Under the pieces are notes generated by a model. The model did no database searches. It had not been told where the DNA came from and saw nothing but the letters and a program-made list of their open reading frames with translations. From positions 146,032 to 210,031 of the forward strand of contig JBMOMC010000045.1 of NCBI GenBank assembly GCA_049325335.1: a DNA stretch of 64,000 nucleotides. The letters are read 5' to 3'. The position numbers and the translations under genes are program-made. Shown here in pieces: positions 21,301 through 30,543 of this stretch; positions within the stretch are counted from its first letter, which is position 1; the number at the start of each line of letters is the position of its first letter. The stretch comes from Nitrospirota bacterium. GTDB taxonomy: Bacteria; Nitrospirota; Nitrospiria; 2-01-FULL-66-17.

Positions 21301-22272
21301 TTGATCGTGACGGCCTCTCCACATATTGCATGGCTCTTTCCCGGACAAGGCTCGCAGGCGGTCGGGATGGGCCAACTGTTGCACGAGCGCTACGCCGAGG
21401 CCCGCGCCGTGTACGCCGAAGCCGCCGACGCGTTGGGATGGGACGTGGCCCGCGTGTCGTTCCAGGGCCCCGAAGCCGAGTTGAACCGCACAGCCGTTAC
21501 CCAGCCCGCGTTGCTGACCGCCAGCGTGGCCGCGTGGCGGGTGTTGGCGCGCAAACCCACGACGCCGTCGTTTGTCGCGGGCCACAGCTTGGGAGAATAC
21601 ACCGCATTGGTGTGCTCGGGCGCCGTGCCCTTTGCGCAGGCGGTCACACTCGTGCACCAGCGGGGCCGATACATGCAGGAAGCCGTGCCGGAAGGCGAGG
21701 GCGCCATGGCCGCGGTCCTGGGATTGGAGCCCGCCGCCGTGGCCGCGGCCTGCCGCGACGCCTCGACGGCGGGCGTGGTGGAGCCCGCGAACCTCAACGC
21801 GCCCGGCCAAGTCGTGATCGCCGGGGCGCGCGCCGCGGTCGAACGCGCCGGGCAACTGGCGAGCGCGGCGGGCGCCAAACGGATCGTGCCCTTGCCGGTG
21901 AGCGTGCCTTCGCATTGCAGCTTGATGCGGGACGCGGCGAACCGGTTGGAACGCGACTTACGGAGCGCCACGTGGTCCTCGCCCGCGATTCCGGTGGTGA
22001 CCAATGTGGACGCCACGCCGCTGACGTCGACCGACGCGATCGTGCCCGCGTTGGTGCGGCAACTCTCGTCCCCGTTGCTCTGGGAGGATTCGATTCGATT
22101 CATGCTCTCGCAAGGCGTGACAACCTTCGTAGAAATCGGGCCCGGGCGCGTGTTGTCCGGATTGACCAAAAAAATCGACCGCTCCGCGCGCACGTTGCAA
22201 GCCGACGCGCCGGAATCGGTCGAGGCGGTGTGGGCGGCGCTCGACACCCTGACAACGGAGGTGGCGCCATGA
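21301..22272 (+). CDS. fabD: Malonyl-CoA-ACP transacylase
   Basis: FPGQGSQ, GHSLGEY, VPSH, VEIGPG. Confidence 0.97.
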   Translation: MIVTASPHIAWLFPGQGSQAVGMGQLLHERYAEARAVYAEAADALGWDVARVSFQGPEAELNRTAVTQPALLTASVAAWRVLARKPTTPSFVAGHSLGEYTALVCSGAVPFAQAVTLVHQRGRYMQEAVPEGEGAMAAVLGLEPAAVAAACRDASTAGVVEPANLNAPGQVVIAGARAAVERAGQLASAAGAKRIVPLPVSVPSHCSLMRDAANRLERDLRSATWSSPAIPVVTNVDATPLTSTDAIVPALVRQLSSPLLWEDSIRFMLSQGVTTFVEIGPGRVLSGLTKKIDRSARTLQADAPESVEAVWAALDTLTTEVAP

Positions 22273-23042
22273 CCGACGGGACAGCCAACGCCCCCACGTT
22301 CGACGCGACCGGGTTGGCCGATCGCGTCGCGGTGGTCACGGGCGCGGCCCAAGGGATCGGATTGTCCATCGCCCGCCAGTTGGCGGCATGCGGCGCGGTC
22401 GTCGTACTCGGCGACGTGGACGGTGACAAGACCCAGGAGGCGGCCAAATCCATCGGCGGTCGCGCATTGGGCGTGGCCATGAACGTGACGCGCGGCGCCG
22501 AGGTGTCCGCGGCGGTCGAACGCGTCATGGCGGAGTTCGGGCGGCTCGACGTATTGGTCAACAACGCGGGGATCACGCGCGACGGCCTGCTCATCCGCAT
22601 GAAAGAGGACGATTGGGACCGCGTGCTCGACGTCAATCTCAAAGGCACGTTTCACTGCACCAAAGCCGCGATGGGCGTGATGGTCAAGCAGCGACGGGGA
22701 CGCGTCATCAGCATCGCCTCGATTGTCGGCGTGATGGGCAACGCGGGCCAGGCCAACTACGCGGCGTCCAAGGCCGCGATCATCGGATTCACCAAGAGCA
22801 TCGCGCGCGAGTACGCCAATCGCGGCATCACCGCCAACGTGGTGGCGCCGGGCTTCATCAAGACCGCCATGACCGACCAGCTCCCCGAGGACGTGCAGAC
22901 GACACTGCGGGACCAAATCCCGCTGGGTCGGCTCGGCACGCCGGAAGACATTGCGCAGGCCGTCGCGTTTCTGGCGTCGGACGCCGCGGCCTACGTCACG
23001 GGGCAGGTGCTGCACGTCAACGGCGGCATGTGGATGGGATAG
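22269..23042 (+). CDS. fabG: 3-oxoacyl-ACP reductase
   Basis: [29 protein letters not shown] overlap with fabD. Confidence 0.97.
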   Translation: MTDGTANAPTFDATGLADRVAVVTGAAQGIGLSIARQLAACGAVVVLGDVDGDKTQEAAKSIGGRALGVAMNVTRGAEVSAAVERVMAEFGRLDVLVNNAGITRDGLLIRMKEDDWDRVLDVNLKGTFHCTKAAMGVMVKQRRGRVISIASIVGVMGNAGQANYAASKAAIIGFTKSIAREYANRGITANVVAPGFIKTAMTDQLPEDVQTTLRDQIPLGRLGTPEDIAQAVAFLASDAAAYVTGQVLHVNGGMWMG

Positions 23043-23125
23043 GCGGCCGACCACGGGCAGGATCGCCCGCGGCTTCACCGGCGTCGTCAGGCACGACACG
23101 AAACCAACAGGAGGCCAGAAATCGT

Positions 23126-23356
23126 ATGGGTGCAGAGGATCGCGTCAAAAAAATCATCACGGAGCAACTCGGCGTGGACGATGAAGACGTCACGCCCGAG
23201 GCCAACTTTGTCGAGGATCTGGGCGCCGACTCGCTCGACACCGTCGAGTTGGTCATGGCGTTCGAGGAAGAATTCGGCATCGAGATCCCGGACGAAGACG
23301 CCGAAAAGATCCTCACGGTGCAGCAGGCCGTCGACTACATCAACGAGAAGTTGTAA
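23126..23356 (+). CDS. acpP: Acyl carrier protein
   Basis: [29 protein letters not shown]. Confidence 0.98.
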   Translation: MGAEDRVKKIITEQLGVDDEDVTPEANFVEDLGADSLDTVELVMAFEEEFGIEIPDEDAEKILTVQQAVDYINEKL

Positions 23357-23362
23357 CCGATT

Positions 23363-24598
23363 GTGACCCGCCGCGTCGTCATCACTGGATTGGGGGTCAT
23401 TACCCCCCTGGGCCTCGACGTCGAAGAGACGTGGACGGCCTTGTGCGCGGGCCGATCCGGCGTGGGCCGGATCACGCGCTTCGACACCACCGACTTTCCG
23501 GTGACCATCGCGGGCGAAGTCAAAGGGTTCGACCCCGCCCGCTATATCGACAAAAAAGAAGTCAAAAAAATGGACACGTTCATCCACTACGCCATGGCGG
23601 CGGGCCAGATGGCCGTTGCCGACGCGGGGCTGCGGGTGGACGCGGTGGGCGAGGAACGCGTGGGCGTGTACATCGGCTCCGGGATCGGCGGATTGCAGGC
23701 CATCGAAGAGTGGCACACGATCCTCCAACAGAAGGGGCCGAAACGAGTCACCCCGTTTTTCATCCCCATGTCCATCATCAACATGGCTTCCGGACAGTTG
23801 GCGATTCTGTTGGGGGCGCGGGGCCCCAATTCCGCGGCGGTTACCGCCTGCGCCACCGGGAACCACTGCATCGGCGACGCGTTCCGCTTGATCCAACGGG
23901 GCGACGCCGACGTGATGATCGCGGGCGGGACCGAAGCCGCGATCACGCCGCTGGGCGTGGCCGGATTCGCCGCGTCACGGGCGCTCTCCTCCCGCAACGA
24001 CGACCCGCAGCGCGCGTCGCGTCCGTTCGACAAGGACCGCGACGGGTTCGTGATCGGCGAGGGCGCCGGGATCATGGTCTTGGAGTCGTTGGAGTCGGCC
24101 CGCAAACGCGACGCGAAGATTTACGCCGAGATGGTGGGCTACGGCGCGTCGGCCGACGCCTACCACATCACCGCCCCGCCGGAGGACGGCGAAGGCGCGG
24201 TGCGCTGCATGCGTGCCGCGCTCGCGGACGCGGGCGTCAAGCCCGAAGAGATCGGCTACGTCAACGCGCACGCCACGTCCACCATGGCGGACGCGATCGA
24301 GACCCGGGCCATCAAAACCGTGTTCGGCGCAACCACTCGGATCCCGATCAGTTCCACCAAATCCATGACCGGCCATCTCTTGGGCGCGGCCGGCGGCATC
24401 GAGGCCGTCTTCTCCGTGCTCGCGATGCACCGCGAAGTGCTCCCGCCCACCATCAATTTAGACGCGCCCGACCCGGCGTGTGACCTGGACTACATCCCCA
24501 ACACCGCGCGCCGCGCGCGTGTGGACGCGGCCATGTCCAATTCGTTCGGCTTCGGGGGCGTGAACGCGTGTTTAGTTTTCCGCCGCTTTAATCCCTAA
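23363..24598 (+). CDS. fabF: 3-oxoacyl-ACP synthase II
   Basis: [33 protein letters not shown]. Confidence 0.97.
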   Translation: MTRRVVITGLGVITPLGLDVEETWTALCAGRSGVGRITRFDTTDFPVTIAGEVKGFDPARYIDKKEVKKMDTFIHYAMAAGQMAVADAGLRVDAVGEERVGVYIGSGIGGLQAIEEWHTILQQKGPKRVTPFFIPMSIINMASGQLAILLGARGPNSAAVTACATGNHCIGDAFRLIQRGDADVMIAGGTEAAITPLGVAGFAASRALSSRNDDPQRASRPFDKDRDGFVIGEGAGIMVLESLESARKRDAKIYAEMVGYGASADAYHITAPPEDGEGAVRCMRAALADAGVKPEEIGYVNAHATSTMADAIETRAIKTVFGATTRIPISSTKSMTGHLLGAAGGIEAVFSVLAMHREVLPPTINLDAPDPACDLDYIPNTARRARVDAAMSNSFGFGGVNACLVFRRFNP

Positions 24599-24626
24599 CC
24601 CGTTTTCCCCGTCCCGGTCGCACCGA

Positions 24627-25334
24627 ATGCCTGACGCCGCGGCCACCGAACGCCTGCTCGACCGACTCAACTACCGGTTCCAAACCCCGACGCTGCTCGA
24701 CGAAGCGCTCACCCACAAATCCTATCTGAACGAAGCGCCCGACCCCTCGTGCCGCGACAACGAGCGGCTGGAATTTCTGGGCGACGCGGTCCTCGACCTC
24801 GTGATCAGCGAATTATTCCTCTCCCGCTTTCCCGAGGCGCCGGAAGGCATGTTGTCGAAGTTGCGGGCCAAGACCGTCAGCGAGGCCGCGTTGAGCCAGG
24901 TCGCCAGGACGCTCGATCTCGGAAGCGCGCTCCGGCTCGGACGCGGCGAGGAGATGACCGGCGGGCGCGACAAGTCGTCGCTGCTGGCCGACGCGCTGGA
25001 AGCCGTCATTGCCGCGGTCTACCTCGACGGCGGCCTCGCGGCCGCGCGCCACATTGTCTTGCCCGCGTTCGCCGACGTGATCGACAACCTCTCCCACCCT
25101 GAGTCGGCCGACCACAAGACCGAACTCCAGGAACTCTGCCAGCGAGACTTCGGCGGCCTCCCCGCGTACCGCGTCATCAAGGAATCCGGCCCGGACCATC
25201 ACAAACAATTCGAAGTCGAACTCTCCATCCGCGGCGAGGTCTACGGCCTCGGCACGGGACGCAGCAAAAAAGAAGCGGAACAGCAGGCGGCACGGAGCGC
25301 TCTGGAAAAGCTGAAACACGTGTCAGGCTCCTAA
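24627..25334 (+). CDS. rnc: Ribonuclease III
   Basis: NERLEFLGDAVL signature and a C-terminal dsRBD. Confidence 0.97.
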   Translation: MPDAAATERLLDRLNYRFQTPTLLDEALTHKSYLNEAPDPSCRDNERLEFLGDAVLDLVISELFLSRFPEAPEGMLSKLRAKTVSEAALSQVARTLDLGSALRLGRGEEMTGGRDKSSLLADALEAVIAAVYLDGGLAAARHIVLPAFADVIDNLSHPESADHKTELQELCQRDFGGLPAYRVIKESGPDHHKQFEVELSIRGEVYGLGTGRSKKEAEQQAARSALEKLKHVSGS

Positions 25335-25409
25335 AAAACCATTCAAAGGCCACACCGACTTCTTCCCCTGGCCAAGAGCCCTGAATCCAAGTCCCATCCA
25401 CGAAACGTT

Positions 25410-25446
25410 TCTTGACCCCTGAGCCCGCAACGGGCTAAGCTGGGCC
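25410..25446 (+). promoter_or_regulatory. Putative sigma70 promoter containing the palindrome AGCCCG-N3-CGGGCT, upstream of hsdR
   Basis: TTGACC-18 nt-TAAGCT; palindrome at 25422-25436; 30/37 identical to the reverse complement of 2376-2412. Confidence 0.7.
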
Positions 25447-25533
25447 TCTACTTTTAAATATGAGGGGGCTGACGCTGGTCTGCGGTCGCCTGCGTATCAC
25501 CCATTCCGATTCCGTATTGCTGAGGCCGAATTC

Positions 25534-27930
25534 ATGGGGTTAGGCGAGGCGGATACCCGAGCGAAGCTGATCGATCCGGCGCTCCATACGCGCGGCTGGA
25601 CCGAGGACCTGATTCGCCGCGAGGAGACCGCCGGCGCGATCGAGATCATCGACGGCAAGCCGCGTAAACAATCTAAAGGCCGGGTGGACTATGTGTTGCG
25701 GATCAAGGTCAATCCCGATACGCAACCCGTGGCCGTGGCGCTCATCGAAGCCAAGGCCGAAGACAAACCTCCCACGCACGGGTTGGAACAAGCGAAGACC
25801 TACGCGGCCTGCAAACGTCTTAACGTCCAATTCGTGTTCTCCAGCAACGGCCATCTGTTCGTTGAATACGATCGCGCCTCGGGCAAGACCACGGCGCCGC
25901 GCCCGCTGGAGAGCTTCCCCAGTCCCGCGGATCTCCGGGCCCGCTACGAAGCCGCCATCGGGTTCAGCCTCGCGGACGAAGCCGCCAAGCCGTTGCTGGT
26001 CCGCTATCCGGGCGGCGAAGCCACGCGCCGATACTATCAAGACGCGGCCATCCGCGCCGTGTTGGAACAGATCGCGCGTTGCGAAACGACCGGCAAATCT
26101 CCGCGCGCGCTGTTATCGCTGGCCACTGGCTCGGGCAAGACGTTCATTGCCGTCAATCTCCTCAAGCGCATTGCGGATGCCGGGCAACTCAAGCGGGCGT
26201 TGTTCTTGTGCGACCGCGACGAGTTGCGAGGGCAAGGCATCGGTGCGTTTCAAAACGTGTTCGGCAGCGACGCTGCCGCGGTGTTTCAACAGTCCGACGG
26301 CACCAACAACGCCCGCAACGCGCGCATCCATATCGCCACCTACCAGACCCTGGACGTGGACTCCGAGGACGGCACCGCGAACTTCCTGACCACCCACTAC
26401 CCGGAGAACTATTTCACCCACATCATCATCGACGAGTGCCATCGCTCGGCCTGGGGCAAATGGTCGCAAGTGCTCACGCGCAATCCGAAGGCCGTGCAGA
26501 TCGGTCTCACCGCCACGCCGCGACAACTCAAGATTACCGAAAAGACCAAAGAAGCCCAGGCCGACGCGCAGATCACGGCCGACAATCTCCAGCACTTCGG
26601 CGAGCCGGTCTACGAATACGACATGAGCCAGGGCATCGACGATGGATACCTGGCCGCGTGTGAGATCCATCGTTTCGATTTGTTCCATGACAACAAGGAG
26701 GCGAATGAACGGGAACGCGGCGTGACTCGGAAAGATTTGGCGGGCAAGACGCTCACCGATGCCATGACCGGACATGAGATCACCAGCGATAGCGCGCGGG
26801 AGCACTATGATCCGCATTCGCTCGAAGACAAGCTGCTGATGCCTGAGCGGGTCGCGGCCATGACACGGGACCTATTCAACCATCTCGTCGCCACAGGTGG
26901 GCCGGAACAAAAGACCATCATCTTCTGCCGTCGCGACCGGCACGCGGACGACGTGGCCGCGGCCATGAACAACCTGTACGCGGACTGGTGCGCCAAGAAC
27001 AACAGGCCGCGCCTGGAGTCCTACGCATTCAAGTGCACGGCCTCGGTGGGGGGCGCGGACTACATCGCGGACCTGCGCGGCGGGTCGCGCCACCATTTCA
27101 TCGCCACCACGGTGGATCTGTTGACCACGGGCGTGGACGTGCCGGTGGTTCGCAACATCGTGTTCTTCAAGTACGTGCGCTCGCCCATCGCGTTCTATCA
27201 AATGGTGGGTCGCGGCACGCGCCTGGACGCGCCCACCGGCAAGCTCATGTTCCGCGTGTACGACTACACCGACGCCACGCGCCTGTTCGGCGAAGACTTC
27301 ATCACCAAGGCCCGTCCGCCGAGAGAGCGCGGAGTCGGACCGGAACCGCCGCAGCCGCCAGAGCCCACGATCCAGGTCGAAGGCTTCGACGTGCGCGTGT
27401 CGGACGCGGGCCGCTATATCGTGACGCAGGTGGACGGCCAGGCCATGCCCGTAACTGTGGAAGAGTACAAGGCGCGTCTGGCCGCCAAACTGGTGGAAGA
27501 AGCGCCCACACTGGAGCAGTTCCGCTCTCGGTGGATCACCCCGGCAGAGCGCAAAGTGTTGCTCGGCAACCTACCGGACGCGGGCCGCTCGCCGCGCCTG
27601 ATCCAATCCTTGGAAGATATGACCGACTACGACCTCTACGACGTGCTGGCCGAACTGGGCTACGGCATGAACCCGCGCACGCGAACGGAACGTGTAGACG
27701 CCTTCGGCTACAAACACGCAGACTGGCTCGCAAACCTCTCCCAGAAAACCGCGGCCACGCTCAAAGCTCTCGCTGCGCAATTCGGCCGCGCCGGCACAGA
27801 CGGACTGGAGAACCCGCAGGTCTTTGAAACGCCGGAAGTCGTCAATGCCGGCGGTTTGGCTGCCCTCAAGACGCTAGGCAAACCCGCCGAAGTGTTGAAA
27901 GAAACCAAAGAGCGGATGTTTGCGGCATGA
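25534..27930 (+). CDS. hsdR: Type I restriction endonuclease subunit R (EcoAI/EcoEI-like length)
   Basis: Nuclease motif VDYVL...IEAK...Q...Y; SF2 motifs ATGSGKT, DECH, GLTATP, TTGVD, QMVGRGTR. Confidence 0.93.
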   Translation: MGLGEADTRAKLIDPALHTRGWTEDLIRREETAGAIEIIDGKPRKQSKGRVDYVLRIKVNPDTQPVAVALIEAKAEDKPPTHGLEQAKTYAACKRLNVQFVFSSNGHLFVEYDRASGKTTAPRPLESFPSPADLRARYEAAIGFSLADEAAKPLLVRYPGGEATRRYYQDAAIRAVLEQIARCETTGKSPRALLSLATGSGKTFIAVNLLKRIADAGQLKRALFLCDRDELRGQGIGAFQNVFGSDAAAVFQQSDGTNNARNARIHIATYQTLDVDSEDGTANFLTTHYPENYFTHIIIDECHRSAWGKWSQVLTRNPKAVQIGLTATPRQLKITEKTKEAQADAQITADNLQHFGEPVYEYDMSQGIDDGYLAACEIHRFDLFHDNKEANERERGVTRKDLAGKTLTDAMTGHEITSDSAREHYDPHSLEDKLLMPERVAAMTRDLFNHLVATGGPEQKTIIFCRRDRHADDVAAAMNNLYADWCAKNNRPRLESYAFKCTASVGGADYIADLRGGSRHHFIATTVDLLTTGVDVPVVRNIVFFKYVRSPIAFYQMVGRGTRLDAPTGKLMFRVYDYTDATRLFGEDFITKARPPRERGVGPEPPQPPEPTIQVEGFDVRVSDAGRYIVTQVDGQAMPVTVEEYKARLAAKLVEEAPTLEQFRSRWITPAERKVLLGNLPDAGRSPRLIQSLEDMTDYDLYDVLAELGYGMNPRTRTERVDAFGYKHADWLANLSQKTAATLKALAAQFGRAGTDGLENPQVFETPEVVNAGGLAALKTLGKPAEVLKETKERMFAA

Positions 27931-29177
27931 CGAATACTGAAGTCGATAGCCCACAAGTGAGGAAGCGCTTTCCGAGGGGATGGAGGTTGGTGCGCTTGGG
28001 GGAAGTATGTCGCGTGGTCAGTGGTTCAACACCAAAGTCCCATGTCAATGAGTTCTGGGACGGCGATATCACCTGGATCACGCCTACGGACCTCGGCAGA
28101 TTGAACGGAAGGCAGATTGCCAGCTCAGCGAGAAGAATCACCCCGTCTGGGCACGAAAGTTGCGGTGCCGAAGTAGTTCCTCCTGGTTCAGTAGTTCTTT
28201 CGAGTCGTGCTCCTATTGGTCATCTTGGGATAGCTATGCTTCCGCTGTGCACCAACCAGGGCTGCAAGAGCTTTGTTCCTGGAACAGACGTGGATTCACA
28301 GTTCATTTATTTCGCACTAAAGAATGCCGTGCCGTTGCTCAAGACGATGGGGAGCGGTTCTACGTTTGCTGAGGTTTCTAAGTCACAAGTTGAGAGTTTT
28401 CAAATCCTACTCCCTGCACTCAATGAGCAGAAGCGGATCGCGGCGATTCTAAATGAGCAGATGGCGGCGGTGGAGCGGGCGCGGATCGCTGCCAAGGCGC
28501 AATTGGAGGCCGCCAAAGCTCTCCCCGCCGCCTACCTCCGGGCCGTCTTCAACAGCACCGAAGCGAAGCAGTGGCCAATCAAGCCGTTAGGCGAGGTCGG
28601 AGAGATCGTGTCCGGTGTAACGCTGGGACGAAAGATACGTGGGGTCGAAACACGCGCTGTGCCGTACCTACGCGTTGCCAATGTGAAAGACGGCCATCTT
28701 CTCTTATCTGACGTTTATCGGATTGAGGCCACGGAGGCGGAGATTAACAAGCTACGCTTGAAGTTCGGAGACCTCCTCCTCACTGAAGGCGGTGACCCGG
28801 ACAAGCTGGGGCGCGGTACGTTTTGGGAAGAACAGATTCCTGAATGCATCCATCAGAATCATATTTTCCGAGTCAGGTTTGACGCCAATCAGTTTTTCCC
28901 TCAGTTTGTGTCTGCCCAAATCGGATCAGCGTATGGTAAGGCGTACTTCTTGGCGCACGCGAAGCAGACGACCGGAATCGCCACCATCAACCAGAAGGTG
29001 TTAGCCGGTTTCCCGTTGATGGCCCCACCACTCGCCGAACAACAACGCATCGCCGCGCGTCTCTCCGAGCAGATGGCCGATGCCGAGCGAACCCGTCAGG
29101 CGCTCGAAGCTCAACTCGCCACGATCAACGCGTTGCCCGCCGCCCTGCTCCGTCGGGCGTTCAACGGCGAGCTGTGA
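27927..29177 (+). CDS. hsdS: Type I R-M specificity subunit S
   Basis: Two TRDs separated by repeated conserved regions (PALNEQKRIAAIL, PPLAEQQRIAARL); ends AFNGEL. Confidence 0.95.
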   Translation: MTNTEVDSPQVRKRFPRGWRLVRLGEVCRVVSGSTPKSHVNEFWDGDITWITPTDLGRLNGRQIASSARRITPSGHESCGAEVVPPGSVVLSSRAPIGHLGIAMLPLCTNQGCKSFVPGTDVDSQFIYFALKNAVPLLKTMGSGSTFAEVSKSQVESFQILLPALNEQKRIAAILNEQMAAVERARIAAKAQLEAAKALPAAYLRAVFNSTEAKQWPIKPLGEVGEIVSGVTLGRKIRGVETRAVPYLRVANVKDGHLLLSDVYRIEATEAEINKLRLKFGDLLLTEGGDPDKLGRGTFWEEQIPECIHQNHIFRVRFDANQFFPQFVSAQIGSAYGKAYFLAHAKQTTGIATINQKVLAGFPLMAPPLAEQQRIAARLSEQMADAERTRQALEAQLATINALPAALLRRAFNGEL

Positions 29178-29299
29178 GCGTCTGTTTTCAACTTGACGTA
29201 GCTGGACTGACGGGGACGTCTGGCGGGTTTGAAAGGGATTTTTCAAAGCCAGCGCACCTTTGAAAGTATTCGGGGGCTTTTTTACAAAGCATATTCTCC

Positions 29300-29356
29300 T
29301 TGACTCACTATTTTCGATTCGCCATACTTTCGCAAATAGTAGCGTCCGCTATTTTC
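29300..29356 (+). promoter_or_regulatory. Internal promoter for fic-hsdM with overlapping inverted repeats
   Basis: TTGACT-17 nt-CATACT; arms ACTATTTTCGA (29307-29317) and TCGCAAATAGT (29330-29340); further CTATTTTC at 29349-29356. Confidence 0.65.
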
Positions 29357-29376
29357 ACTCCCGCTAATAAGGACAT

Positions 29377-30543
29377 GTGCTGATGACCACTCCGGCTCAG
29401 ATGCCCGGGCGACGGCTGCGGTGTCCGGAGGGCTATACCGCCTTTGTGCCGAACCCACTCCCTCCGGCCCTAGCCTGGACCCCGGAGTTGGTGCGGGCGC
29501 TCTCCGACGCGGATCGTTTGATCGGTCGATTGGCGGGCGAAGGGGGCCGGTTGCCCAACCCGCATTTGCTTATCCGTCCGTTCGTCAGGAGGGAGGCCGT
29601 CCTTTCCAGCCGTATCGAAGGCACGCAGGCTACATTGGGCGAGTTGTTGGCCGCGGAGGCCGGCGCCGTGGTGGATCGCAGCCCGACCGATCTTCGCGAG
29701 GTAAGCAATTACGTCACCGCACTGGAGTACGGGGTCAAGCGACTGGCCACGCTTCCGCTGTCGCTTCGCTTGACCCGTGAAATCCACGAAAAACTTCTGA
29801 CCGGCGTGCGTGGCGCACATCTGACGCCGGGAGAGTTTCGGCGTTCGCAAAACTGGATCGGCAGGCCTGGGTCCACATTGGCGGACGCGATCTATATTCC
29901 TCCGCCGCCGTCCGAGCTGATGACGTGTCTCGGCGCATGGGAAACATTTCTTCACGATCGGTCGCTGCCGCCGTTGGTGCAGGTGGCGCTGGCGCACTAT
30001 CAATTCGAAGCGATTCACCCATTCTTGGACGGGAACGGCCGTGTGGGGCGACTGGTCATCACGCTGTTCCTCGTCGAACGCGAAGTCCTCCCGACGCCGC
30101 TGTTGTATTTGAGCGCGTTTTTTGAGGCCACGCGATCCGACTATTACGGCGGTTTGCGCGGCATCAGCGAACGGGGGGACTGGTTGCCCTGGCTCGTTTA
30201 TTTCCTCAACGGTGTAGCGCGCCAGTCTGAGGACGCGTTAGGGCGGGCCGAACGCATCAACGGGCTGCTGACAAAATGGCGGACAGCGGTGGCCGGCGCT
30301 TCTTCGAGAGTACCCATGGCACTGGTCGATCTCCTCGCCGCGAATCCCTACATTACGGTCAACGGCGCGGCGAAGAAGCTGAAGGTGGCCTTCACCACGG
30401 CCCAGCGCGCCGTCAACAGACTGGAGAAGCTGTCGGTCGTGAAAGAAGTCAGCCAGGCTAAACGCGATCGCGTGTATTGTGCGACCACTCTATTGAGCAT
30501 TCTTGAAGAACCGGCCCGGCTCAGCAGCCCGGAGACCGTCTGA
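29377..30543 (+). CDS. Fic family protein (N-terminal inhibitory helix, C-terminal HTH)
   Basis: Canonical HPFLDGNGRVGR; inhibitory motif SSRIEG; C-terminal PYITVNGAAKKLKVAFTTAQRAVNRL. Confidence 0.95.
   Translation: MLMTTPAQMPGRRLRCPEGYTAFVPNPLPPALAWTPELVRALSDADRLIGRLAGEGGRLPNPHLLIRPFVRREAVLSSRIEGTQATLGELLAAEAGAVVDRSPTDLREVSNYVTALEYGVKRLATLPLSLRLTREIHEKLLTGVRGAHLTPGEFRRSQNWIGRPGSTLADAIYIPPPPSELMTCLGAWETFLHDRSLPPLVQVALAHYQFEAIHPFLDGNGRVGRLVITLFLVEREVLPTPLLYLSAFFEATRSDYYGGLRGISERGDWLPWLVYFLNGVARQSEDALGRAERINGLLTKWRTAVAGASSRVPMALVDLLAANPYITVNGAAKKLKVAFTTAQRAVNRLEKLSVVKEVSQAKRDRVYCATTLLSILEEPARLSSPETV

Noticed and set aside
21330..23042. Apparent 570-aa N-terminally extended FabG
   Set aside because: The extension is an alternative frame of fabD; the real start is the ATG at 22269 with RBS and ATGA coupling.
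18183..23099. Long minus-strand ORFs of 673 aa and 569 aa opposite yceD-plsX and fabD-fabG
   Set aside because: Antisense to clearly conserved genes; no independent coding signal.
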